Source of the DNA: an uncultured Actinomycetes bacterium
GTDB lineage: Bacteria; Actinomycetota; Actinomycetes; S36-B12; CAIYMF01
DNA length: 32,000 bases
Direction of reading: 5' to 3'
Assembly: GCA_963843975.1 (NCBI GenBank)
Contig: CAWJMG010000003.1
Span: forward strand, 1,680,001-1,712,000
In this document: piece after piece, positions 1 to 9,872 of the stretch
Numbering within the stretch: the stretch's first letter is position 1
How the letters are laid out: each line of letters begins with the position of its first letter
Program-made: the position numbers and the translations under genes
Notes under the pieces: model-generated
What the model saw: only the letters and a program-made list of their open reading frames with translations
Told to the model about the DNA's origin: nothing
Database searches by the model: none

Positions 1-1
1 C

Positions 2-1195
2 CTGCACGACGTGATCCTGCACCGGCCGGGCCTCGAGCTCTCGCGGCTCACGCCGCAGAACGTCGACGAGCTCCTCTTCGACGACGTCATGTGGGCGGCC
101 CGCGCGCAGGAGGAGCACGACGCGTTCTCGGCTGAGCTCCGCGCGCGCGGGGTGCGCGTGCACCTGTTCGGCGAGCTGCTGGCCGACGTCCTCGCGATCC
201 CCGAGGGGCGCGAGTTCATCCTCGAGCGCGTGGCCGACGTCCATTGGGTCGGGCCGCAGCTGGTCGAGCCCCTGCGCGAGCTGCTCGGCTCGGTCGATGC
301 CGCGACCGCGGCAGAGCTGCTGATCGGCGGCATCCTGAAGCGCGACCTCGACCTGCCGGCGCACACGTCGCTGCTGTGGGACTCGCTGTCGGCGTACGAC
401 TTCGTTCTGACGCCGTTGCCGAACCACCTCTTCCAGCGCGACAACTCGGCGTTCGTCTACGACGGATTGTCCGTGCACCCCATGGCCAAGCCGGCACGGC
501 AGCGCGAGACGGTGCACTCGCGCGCGATCTTCCGCCACCACCCGATGTTCGCGGACGCCGGTCTTCACTTCTACTACGGCGACGACGACGCGCACCACCA
601 GCCTGCGACGTGCGAGGGCGGCGACATCCTCGTGATCGGCAACGGCGCGGTGATGATCGGCATGGGCGAACGGACGACGCCGCAGGGCATCGGCATGCTC
701 GTGCGCGGCTGGTTCAGCGACCCTCGGCACCGGGTGAGGACCGTGATCGTCGTCGAGCTGCCGAAGGTGCGCGCGTTCATGCACCTCGACACCGCCATGA
801 CGATGGTCGACCGCGACGCGTTCAGCGTGTACCCGTTCCTGCCGCCGCAGCTGAAGTCGTGGACGCTCACCGGTCGTGGCGAGGGCGGCGACTACGACGT
901 CGTCGAGAACGCGGCGCTGTTCCCCGTGGTGGCCGAGGCGCTCGGCGTCGAGCGGGTGCGGGTGCTGACCACGCCGATCGACGAGATGGGCGCGGCACGC
1001 GAGCAGTGGGACGACGGCAACAACTTCCTCGCGCTCTCGCCCGGCGTGATCGTGGGCTACGAGCGCAACACGACGACGAACGCGTTCCTCGCCCGCAACG
1101 GCATCGAGGTCGTGGCGATCGCCGGCTCAGAGCTCGGCCGTGGCCGCGGCGGCCCCCGCTGCATGTCCAACCCCATCAACCGAACCCCCGCCTAA
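2..1195 (+). CDS. arcA: arginine deiminase (5' end off window)
   Basis: The frame of ORF 11..1195 stays open back to base 2 (LHDVILHRPGLEL...). The translation is arginine-deiminase-like throughout, including the C-terminal catalytic-Cys motif GGPRCMS. Stop TAA at 1193-1195. Confidence 0.9.
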   Translation: MHDVILHRPGLELSRLTPQNVDELLFDDVMWAARAQEEHDAFSAELRARGVRVHLFGELLADVLAIPEGREFILERVADVHWVGPQLVEPLRELLGSVDAATAAELLIGGILKRDLDLPAHTSLLWDSLSAYDFVLTPLPNHLFQRDNSAFVYDGLSVHPMAKPARQRETVHSRAIFRHHPMFADAGLHFYYGDDDAHHQPATCEGGDILVIGNGAVMIGMGERTTPQGIGMLVRGWFSDPRHRVRTVIVVELPKVRAFMHLDTAMTMVDRDAFSVYPFLPPQLKSWTLTGRGEGGDYDVVENAALFPVVAEALGVERVRVLTTPIDEMGAAREQWDDGNNFLALSPGVIVGYERNTTTNAFLARNGIEVVAIAGSELGRGRGGPRCMSNPINRTPA

Positions 1196-1201
1196 CTTCG
1201 C

Positions 1202-1271
1202 TGTTCTTCCCTTAGGGAAGGAAACCGAAGTTGAGCTGCACGAAGGCCGCCCAGAATCGCGATCTTGAGCG
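1202..1271. repeat. left arm of imperfect inverted repeat flanking the DUF559 gene
   Basis: By hand alignment, 1202-1271 matches the reverse complement of 2243-2312 at about 56 of 68 positions. This includes an identical 17-mer, ttcttcccttagggaag (1204-1220 versus the reverse complement of 2293-2309), and an identical inner end, gatcttgagcg. The arm ends one base before the stop codon of the enclosed gene. Confidence 0.65.
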
Positions 1272-2171
1272 CTATGCGGCCGCTGCAAGCTGGGCGCGAA
1301 TCTCCGCGACCACCCTGTGTGGCTCATGGACCAGGTCGTGCCACGTGAAGCGAAGGGGACGGTAGCCCAGCGCCACGAGACGGTTCTGCCGCGAGCGGTC
1401 TCGTTGGAAGGCCATCGCGTTCGAGTGATAGGCCTCCCCGTCCAGCTCGACCACGAGCTTCGCATCTTCGAACAGCAGGTCGACGATCCCCACGAGCCCC
1501 GCGGAGTCGTGAACCGCGGCATTCGCCACCCAGCCCGTGATGCCCGCTCGGCGCAGCATCCGATGGGCGCGGACTTCGGAGTCCGAGTGCGCGTTGCCCA
1601 CGACGTCGGACACGACGGACCACGCCCGTCGGAGACCGTGCCGTTGTGGAGACGACGCGACAAGGGAGCGAAGCCCATCGGCGGTAGTGCGTCCACGTCG
1701 GAGTGCATCGACCGCCAGCGCTCGACCCGCCTCCTCCGGCAGCCACAGCAGACAGTCGAGAATGGTGCGCGGGAGCGTCGTGGACAGGACGCCGTCGACG
1801 GATTCGAGCTCCGAGTCAGAGACTTCGATGCGATGCGTGCGCAGGCCGGGAATGGCCACGCGCGCATTTCGTCCGACTATGGCGTGCACCTCGGGATCCG
1901 CCGGTACGAGCAGCCCATCACGGGCAGCGGCAGTCGTGTGGCTGACCACGGCGCCGAGACCGGCCGCCAGCGAGGCGGCGTACGACAGAGATACCGGTGT
2001 CAATGTGCGGGCCGAAGCCGCGTACACACCACCGATGACCACCTTCCACTCTCCACGCTGGAGAAGGCGGCGCACGCGGTACGGCGAGATGCCGGCGTCG
2101 AGCGCCTGCTGGCGGGTGAAGACACCACCCTGGTGGGCGGCTGGGTCAGGTGCAGTGAAGTCTCCGCGCAT
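1272..2171 (-). CDS. DUF559 (Vsr-like endonuclease domain) protein with AbiEi_4-like N-terminal domain
   Basis: ORF 1272..2255. The C-terminus VVELDGEAYHSN...RDRSRQNRLVALGYRPLRFTWHDL is typical of DUF559. The N-terminus GGVFTRQQALDAGISPYRVRRLLQRGEW is typical of the AbiEi-antitoxin-like wHTH. ATG at 2171 (MRGDFTAP) is the preferred start, because the upstream 28 codons are Arg-rich and overlap the repeat arm. Confidence 0.75.
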   Translation of the reverse strand: MRGDFTAPDPAAHQGGVFTRQQALDAGISPYRVRRLLQRGEWKVVIGGVYAASARTLTPVSLSYAASLAAGLGAVVSHTTAAARDGLLVPADPEVHAIVGRNARVAIPGLRTHRIEVSDSELESVDGVLSTTLPRTILDCLLWLPEEAGRALAVDALRRGRTTADGLRSLVASSPQRHGLRRAWSVVSDVVGNAHSDSEVRAHRMLRRAGITGWVANAAVHDSAGLVGIVDLLFEDAKLVVELDGEAYHSNAMAFQRDRSRQNRLVALGYRPLRFTWHDLVHEPHRVVAEIRAQLAAAA

Positions 2172-2242
2172 GTCTCCACGGTGCCTGGCGCGCACGTCGC
2201 CACGCCATCCTTGCCTCCCGGCCTGTGGACAACGACGCGAGC

Positions 2243-2312
2243 CGCTCAAGATCACGAGTTTGGGCAGCTTGGTGCAGTTGAACTGCGCGTTGCTTCCCTA
2301 AGGGAAGAAGCA
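2243..2312. repeat. right arm of imperfect inverted repeat flanking the DUF559 gene
   Basis: Reverse complement of 1202-1271 (see the left arm). It lies about 72 nt upstream of the ATG at 2171. Confidence 0.65.
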
Positions 2313-2346
2313 CGAAGGCCCGCGCTGGTTGGCGCGGGCCTTCGTG
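2311..2346. terminator. stem-loop, probable pckG terminator
   Basis: Perfect 15-bp stem: cacgaaggcccgcgc (2311-2325) pairs with gcgcgggccttcgtg (2332-2346), with a 6-nt loop. It lies 17 nt beyond the pckG stop. On the minus strand a pyrimidine-rich tract (cttcttccctt) follows. Confidence 0.6.
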
Positions 2347-2362
2347 GTTCGTGCTTGGCGGG

Positions 2363-4177
<1,815 letters not shown>

Positions 4178-4426
4178 GACTTCGTTGTCCTATCGCAGAG
4201 GGTTGGATCGTCGTTCAATCTCAGGGTGCCCTAAGCGTGTACCGGTGCGAAGAGGAACCCCGTGTGAAGTACGCCGTACTCGCGGGTTGTGACGGTCGGC
4301 ACACGTTGCCGTGACCGTTCCGTGAACCGCGATTCCGTTGTGCCCCACGGAAGTAAGCGTTGTCATGAACGAGCGTGGGCGCAGGCGTTCTACCCAGGTG
4401 TCGCCGACCTCACACGCTGCGCGCGG

Positions 4427-6103
4427 CTACGACACGAGCGGGAACGTCGTCACCACGAGGTAGGCGAGAGGCACTCCTTGCACGACCGCTGCCGACCACG
4501 GCAGCCGCGCCCTGCGGGTCACCGTCTGGCCGTAGACGAGGAGCAGTCCGAGCACCACCGCCATGAGCGGCACGAGCAGCGAGAGGAAGCCCGGGGCGCC
4601 GAGCACCAGCACCGACGCGAGCAGCACCACCACCGCGATCACGCGGGTGATGAGCGCGAGCCACCAGCGCGCGCCCACGAGACGGTCGTCGGCCCAGAAC
4701 CACGCGATGAACGCGAGCTCCACGACGAGCAGCCACGACTTCCGGTCGCCCGCGAGGTCGAACGCCGTCCACGTCACGCGGCCGACGAGTCCGAGGGCGA
4801 TCACTGCGTACGTCGTCAGCGCGAGCACCACGACGACCTCGCGCAGCACCCACCGCGCCGGGAGCGCGACCCCGTCGACGCGCTCCGCCGACGGCCGCAG
4901 CCACGACGTACGGCGGCGCGCCAGCGTGGTCAGCACAGCGACCACTGCGGCCGCGCACGCGAACCACACGATCACGTAGCCGCCGACCGCGAGAGGCACG
5001 CGGGCGGCCACACCGGACAGCGCCGCGGCGGCGAGCGACCCGAGGACCGAGGCGACGACGGCGACCACGACCGCGACGAGCGCGCGCGGCCGCGGCGCCT
5101 CGGCCGCGCCGCCCTCGCCCGGCGCACGCGCGGGCAGCACCAGCCGCGCGATCGGCACGAAGCCGACGGCCGCACCGGCCATGAGCAGCAGCAGCCAGAG
5201 GATGCGCGACCCTCCGGCGTCGTGGCCGGACGACGGCGCACCCACGGTGGCGTCGAGCCAGTCGAGGGTCTGCTGGCGCGTGTCCGCGGAGAACAGGATC
5301 GTGATGTGGTCCGCCCTCGGTACCACGTCGGCCGCGCGCGCGGTCCCGTCGACAGGGGAGCCGTACCCCGGCCCGACGACGCCGTCGGGGTACGCCGCCT
5401 GCAGCCCCTCGAGCGCGGCGTCGACGAAGCGCTGCTGCTCGTTGCCGCCGTACAGCAGGAGGAGGTTGCGCGGCACCAGCGCCGACCCCGACGGCAGGTC
5501 GTCGGCCGACGGGAGCGACAGCGCCACCGTCGCGCCGAGCGGCACCGTGGCGGATGCGGCGGACGAGCCGGAGGCGGCGGCCACGGCGTAGCGCACGACG
5601 GCGCCCGCGCCCATCGAGTGGCCGACGAGCGCGATCGGCCGCGCCGGATCGGCGAACGGCTGACCGACGGCCCAGGCGGCGACCGCTGCCAGGTCGGCGT
5701 CGATCACGTCGGTCGCGACGACGCCGTCCGACAGCGGCAGCGGCAAGGGGTTCCGGCCGTGCCCGGTGAGGTCGGGCAGCACGACGGCGTAGCCGGCCTT
5801 CGCGAGCGAGACGCCGAGGTCGTCCATCAGCTGCGCGGAGCCCGCGAACCCGTGCACCACGATGACGACCGGGTGCTGGCCGGCCGTCTCGTCCACCAGC
5901 GTCGTCACCGGTACGCCGACCGGCTCGGCACCGGGTGCGAAGCCGGGGTCGAGGTCGCGCGAGACCACCGCGGTCCCCCGCTCGAGGCCGGAGTCCTGCC
6001 CGGCGAGCACGACGGTCGCGGGCACCGTGAGGAGCAGCGCCACCGCGCCCAGGACCCAGGACGAGACCCGCTGCGGCCGGGACGTCGCGCTCATGGTGCT
6101 CAT
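4427..6103 (-). CDS. alpha/beta-hydrolase domain fused to a polytopic membrane domain
   Basis: ORF 4427..6217. The start is set at ATG 6103 (MSTMSATSRPQRVSSWVLGAVALLLTV, an N-terminal TM or signal segment). Hydrolase hallmarks are HPVVIVVHGFAGS and the nucleophile elbow GHSMGAG. The C-terminal ~250 aa consists of several hydrophobic helices. Confidence 0.75.
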   Translation of the reverse strand: MSTMSATSRPQRVSSWVLGAVALLLTVPATVVLAGQDSGLERGTAVVSRDLDPGFAPGAEPVGVPVTTLVDETAGQHPVVIVVHGFAGSAQLMDDLGVSLAKAGYAVVLPDLTGHGRNPLPLPLSDGVVATDVIDADLAAVAAWAVGQPFADPARPIALVGHSMGAGAVVRYAVAAASGSSAASATVPLGATVALSLPSADDLPSGSALVPRNLLLLYGGNEQQRFVDAALEGLQAAYPDGVVGPGYGSPVDGTARAADVVPRADHITILFSADTRQQTLDWLDATVGAPSSGHDAGGSRILWLLLLMAGAAVGFVPIARLVLPARAPGEGGAAEAPRPRALVAVVVAVVASVLGSLAAAALSGVAARVPLAVGGYVIVWFACAAAVVAVLTTLARRRTSWLRPSAERVDGVALPARWVLREVVVVLALTTYAVIALGLVGRVTWTAFDLAGDRKSWLLVVELAFIAWFWADDRLVGARWWLALITRVIAVVVLLASVLVLGAPGFLSLLVPLMAVVLGLLLVYGQTVTRRARLPWSAAVVQGVPLAYLVVTTFPLVS

Positions 6104-6207
6104 GGCGCCGGACGCTACCGCCGCGGCGTCGATCGCGCGCCCGAGCCGCCGCGCGGAGGCGTAACGGTGACGCGGGGTGAGCCGCACGCGTCCGACCGGG
6201 CGACACC

Positions 6208-8514
6208 GTGCTGGCACCGGTCTCGGAATCCGGGTGCCTCAGGCTCGGTCGCCGTAGCGTGACCCCATGCTCCGTCGCGCCTGCTCCGCTGCCGTCGCCC
6301 TCGCGCTCCTCGCCGCCTCGCTGGTCACCGGGTTGGCGGCCGCGCCCGCCGCCCAGGCGGCCGTGGCGTCCGACCCGGTGCAGCTACCAGGTCACGTTCG
6401 TCGCGCGCGTCTGCCCGACGTACGCCGACATCATGGCCAACCGCGCGCGCAACAACATCCAGGAGAGCCTGCGCGACCTCGGCAAGGACACCGTCTACAC
6501 CAGCGGCAGCCCGGTGCGGCCGTCGATCGAGGAGCCGAACAACCCCAACTGCAAGCCCCTCGACGACTGGCAGTTCCGCCTCGGCACCGGCTACGCCGGG
6601 AAGACGCCGGCGAACGACTACCTCTCGACGGTCACGGGCGACTACGGCCAGACGATCAAGGTCCAGCCGACGACGCCCGAGCTCGACTCCCTCGGCCAGG
6701 ACACCGGGCGCACGGTCGAGGACGCGGTCACCGTCACGCTCACGGCCGAGCAGGCGCAGCGGGCGCAGCAGGGCAACCGCCTCTGGACCCAGGGCGGCCT
6801 GCGCACCGACCCGCTGATGAACACCGTCTTTGGCGACGCGTACGGCTTCGGCGCTCTGCGCTGCGCGATCGACAACCTCAACGGCGACAACGTCGAATGG
6901 ATCGGCTTCCCGCAGGGCAGCCGGCACGTCTTCTGCTACTACTACGCCGTCACGCCTCCGCCGGACGCCGGCACGATCGTGGTGCGCAAGCAGCTCGCGA
7001 CCGGCAGCAACGGCCCCGCGACCTTCCGGTACGTCGGCAACATCTCGTACACGCCGACCAACGACTTCTTCCTGTCGCCGCAGGACGACACGACCCCGGT
7101 CTCGGCCTCGTTCGTGCGCGCGGTGGGCGACGCCTGGGACTTCGAGGAGCAGCCGCTCGACGGCTACGCGCTCGCGAGCCTCACGTGCGCGGAGACGACA
7201 GGCTCAGGCTCGACATGGACCATTGCCGGGGCCAAGGCCACCGTGCGCGTCGGCGACGGCGCCACCGTCACGTGCACGTACACGAACGCCGAGGTCGCCG
7301 CGACGACGGGCTTCCTGCAGCTGTCGAAGGTGTCGTACGGCGGCGTCGGCTCGTTCGACTACCTGATCACCCGCGGCGACAGCACGACGCTGGCGGCGTC
7401 CGCCACGACGACAACCGAGGGCGAGCCGGTGGTCGTCGCCGACACCTCGGCCGCGGCGGTCGGCACCTGGACGGTGCGCGAGACGCTGCCGGCACCGACC
7501 ACGCGCGGCGCGTGGTCGGTCGAGGCCGTCCAGTGCAACGGAGCGGACGTGCCGTTCACCGACGCGCCCGGGCCCGCGGGCACGACGTACGTGAGCGCGT
7601 CGAAGAACATCCAGGCCGGCGAGGCCACCGACTGCCTGTTCACCAACCGGTTCACTCCGGGTGGCGAGCTGCAGCTGGCGAAGCGCACCACGGGCGGCAC
7701 CGGGTCGTTCGCGTTCCCGGTGGTGCGCGCGGACCAGGTGGACGAGGACGGCACCGTCACCGACCTCTTCAGCATCTACGGCGTCGACGTCGCCGCCACC
7801 GGCACGCCGACGACCGCGACCGCGGTCTCGGGCTTCGCGACCCTGACCGACCTGCCGGTCGGCGAGGCCGAGGCGTCGACCTACCTCGTCGGCGAGCTCG
7901 CGCCGCCGGACTCGCCCACCGCGAGCTGGCGCTTCCGCTCGATCGCCTGCACCGACCTCGACACCGGCGACCCGGTGCCCGTCACGGGTGCGCTCGGCGG
8001 CAACGCGCTCCGGGTCGAGCTGACCGACGAGCACCCGCGGGTGCGCTGCCTCGCTGACAACGCGCTGCAGCCGGTCGGCGGCCTCGACGTGTCCAAGACC
8101 ATCGCCGGTGCGAGCGCCGGGGCACAGGGTGCGGTGACGATCGCGATCACGTGCGACGACGGCACCCGCGCCTCGCTCGACGTGCCCGCGGGCGCCGCCG
8201 GCACGACGTCGCTGGCCGACACCCTCGCGCTGCGCGACCCGGCGACCTGCACGGTCGTCGAGACCGAGAACGGCGCCCGCGCCGAGGCGAGCAAGGTGGC
8301 CACGACCTTCTCGGTGAACGGCGGCACCGCCGTGACCGGCACGCGGGCCTCGGTCGACGTCGACAGCGGCGCGCTCTCGAGCGTGGACGTGGTCAACACG
8401 TACGACGCCCTGGCCCCCAGCGGCGCCTCGCCCGCGACGCCGGCGTACGCGCTGGCCGGACTGCTCCTGCTGCTGCTCGGCGCCGCCGCCTACGCGGTCG
8501 GCTCGAGGGCCTGA
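6208..8514 (+). CDS. secreted/cell-surface repeat-domain protein (prealbumin/SpaA-like beta-sandwich repeats); apparent frameshift near the 5' end
   Basis: There are four tandem modules of ~110 aa, each carrying a spaced Cys pair (…VTCTYTNAE, …TDCLFTNRF, …VRCLADNAL, …ATCTVVETENG). The C-terminus has a hydrophobic anchor (AYALAGLLLLLLGAAAYAVGSRA). A textbook signal peptide, MLRRACSAAVALALLAASLVTGLAAAPAAQA, begins at 6267 but in the neighbouring frame. 6267..8514 is 3n+1 long. The true start is uncertain. Confidence 0.7.
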   Translation: MLAPVSESGCLRLGRRSVTPCSVAPAPLPSPSRSSPPRWSPGWRPRPPPRRPWRPTRCSYQVTFVARVCPTYADIMANRARNNIQESLRDLGKDTVYTSGSPVRPSIEEPNNPNCKPLDDWQFRLGTGYAGKTPANDYLSTVTGDYGQTIKVQPTTPELDSLGQDTGRTVEDAVTVTLTAEQAQRAQQGNRLWTQGGLRTDPLMNTVFGDAYGFGALRCAIDNLNGDNVEWIGFPQGSRHVFCYYYAVTPPPDAGTIVVRKQLATGSNGPATFRYVGNISYTPTNDFFLSPQDDTTPVSASFVRAVGDAWDFEEQPLDGYALASLTCAETTGSGSTWTIAGAKATVRVGDGATVTCTYTNAEVAATTGFLQLSKVSYGGVGSFDYLITRGDSTTLAASATTTTEGEPVVVADTSAAAVGTWTVRETLPAPTTRGAWSVEAVQCNGADVPFTDAPGPAGTTYVSASKNIQAGEATDCLFTNRFTPGGELQLAKRTTGGTGSFAFPVVRADQVDEDGTVTDLFSIYGVDVAATGTPTTATAVSGFATLTDLPVGEAEASTYLVGELAPPDSPTASWRFRSIACTDLDTGDPVPVTGALGGNALRVELTDEHPRVRCLADNALQPVGGLDVSKTIAGASAGAQGAVTIAITCDDGTRASLDVPAGAAGTTSLADTLALRDPATCTVVETENGARAEASKVATTFSVNGGTAVTGTRASVDVDSGALSSVDVVNTYDALAPSGASPATPAYALAGLLLLLLGAAAYAVGSRA

Positions 8515-8542
8515 GCCCGCCGGGGCACCGGCCCGGGAACGA

Positions 8543-8578
8543 CTGAGCCCCCCTCGCCCGAAGGCGAGGGGGGCTCAG
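8543..8578. terminator. bidirectional stem-loop between convergent genes
   Basis: ctgagcccccctcgcc (8543-8558), loop cgaa, ggcgaggggggctcag (8563-8578). This is a perfect 16-bp stem between the surface-protein stop (8514) and the cspA stop (8594). Confidence 0.7.
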
Positions 8579-8593
8579 TGCGAAGCGTGGTCG

Positions 8594-8797
8594 TCAGACC
8601 GCGCGGACGTTCTCGGCCTGCGGGCCCTTCTGGCCCTGACCGATCTCGAACTCCACGCGCTGGTTCTCCTCGAGGGAGCGGTAGCCGCTGCCCACGATCG
8701 CCGAGAAGTGAACGAACACGTCGGTGTCCGAGCCGTCCGGCGAGATGAAGCCGAAGCCCTTCTCCGCGTTGAACCACTTGACAGTGCCCTGCGCCAT
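8594..8797 (-). CDS. cspA: cold-shock protein (CspA family)
   Basis: [22 protein letters not shown]…VFVHFSAI carries the RNP1/RNP2 motifs. ATG at 8797 is preceded by GAGGAGA. Confidence 0.95.
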   Translation of the reverse strand: MAQGTVKWFNAEKGFGFISPDGSDTDVFVHFSAIVGSGYRSLEENQRVEFEIGQGQKGPQAENVRAV

Positions 8798-9171
8798 TAC
8801 ATGTCTCCTCATGGGGACGGTTCAGGCCGCACCTTGTGCGCGGACCCGGGTTGCTTCCGCCGTTGTGTCAGACCTGCCCATGGGGACGTGTCTTGCGAGG
8901 CACCGATTCCGGCGAGCCGGAGGGTTCCCAGGACGAACGAAGTGCTGCAACCACGCTCAGCATACCCAGATCCCCGCGCACGACACCATGCTTCAACCCG
9001 CCTGGAGCACGTGTCGACACGCTCCCGTGATCCGAGCCGGGCGCGGGGGCGGGCATGGTCGTGCTGGGCCTGGGCGCGCCTGCGGGGGTGGTCGCATCGT
9101 GCTCCGTGTCCGACTATCGGTCACCACGCCGCCCGAGACGGCCTCGCCCCCCTCCCGGTACCGTCGCGACC

Positions 9172-9498
9172 ATGACCGAGTCCCCCGACAACCTCCCGCG
9201 CCGGCACCAGATCGAGGTGCCCGCCGACCTGGTCGTAGGGGTGCCCGCCGACTTCGCCTCGGTCTGGCACACGCCCGAGTCGTTCGTCATCGACTTCCTG
9301 TCCGCCCGCGGTCCGGCGCAGATCATGGACGACGAGGGCACCCCCGTGCTGAGCCAGGACCTCGTGGTGAGCGCACGGGTGCGCATGCCCCCCACGCACG
9401 TCATCGAGCTGATGAAGGCCCTCGAGCGCCAGCTCTCCACCTGGGAGACCCAGACGGGGCAGCGCTCGCCGGTCGACCCGCCGCACCCCGACCTCTGA
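9172..9498 (+). CDS. DUF3467 domain protein
   Basis: MTESPDNLPRRHQIEVPADLVVGVPADFASVWHTPESFVIDFL…VIELMKALERQL matches my recollection of the DUF3467 family pattern. ATG at 9172. The upstream part of ORF 9055..9498 is Pro/Arg-rich filler. Confidence 0.8.
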   Translation: MTESPDNLPRRHQIEVPADLVVGVPADFASVWHTPESFVIDFLSARGPAQIMDDEGTPVLSQDLVVSARVRMPPTHVIELMKALERQLSTWETQTGQRSPVDPPHPDL

Positions 9499-9641
9499 GC
9501 GGCTGGGTCCCGGCTGCGGGCGTGTCGCACGAGCCCCGATGTCCTGAGCGACACGACAGGGCGGCTTGAGGGTCGCGAGAGCCTCGCGGCGCATGCTCAT
9601 CCCACAACTTCATGCGTGCGGCTCCACTCGGCAGACGATCA

Positions 9642-9731
9642 CCCCCCCCCCCCGGTCCTCTGCCATCCCCCCCCCCCACTGGTGGAGCCACCCAGCACGC
9701 GACACGGATCGAGTACCCCCCCACTCGATCC
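9642..9731. repeat. three poly-C homopolymer tracts (C12, C11, C7); the last forms the loop of a 9-bp hairpin
   Basis: Counted directly: C12 at 9642-9653, C11 at 9667-9677, C7 at 9716-9722. Hairpin: ggatcgagt (9706-9714) pairs with actcgatcc (9723-9731). Confidence 0.9.
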
Positions 9732-9872
9732 GCACTGACGGCCCCGCCTCCACCCGAGACGGGGCTGTCAGCATTCCGGGACCTGTCCGCGGCACTGTCG
9801 GTAACCGAACTCTTCCTGACTCGCCGGTCAGTACGCCGTCTGCGCGGGCCGCCGCCCGCGTACGCTCCCGCC

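Noticed and set aside
2225-2233. A perfect TTGTCCACA DnaA box (reverse complement), plus two near-matches at 17026-17034 and 17052-17060, as a sign of a replication origin.
   Set aside because: There are only isolated boxes about 15 kb apart. There is no AT-rich unwinding element, no dnaA/dnaN/gyrB context, and no dense cluster. This is retained only as a shared-motif observation.
8400-8514. A canonical LPXTG cell-wall sorting signal in the surface protein.
   Set aside because: The only candidate is LAPSG, which matches neither LPxTG nor LAxTG. It is reported as non-canonical rather than called a sortase substrate.
8798-9171. Small ORFs (for example 8836-9030 +, 8868-9056 -) and a possible extra gene in the 374-bp gap upstream of cspA.
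   Set aside because: They show no codon-position GC bias and no family resemblance. The gap is more simply the long 5' leader and promoter region typical of cold-shock genes. I could not identify a specific cold-box sequence.
9499-9872. Possible glycine riboswitch or other known leader upstream of the GcvT-domain gene.
   Set aside because: I looked for the conserved glycine-riboswitch cores (GGAGAG … ACCGAAGGGGCAA-like) on the + strand and did not find them. Only generic hairpins and the poly-C tracts are present. An Infernal scan would be needed to be definitive.
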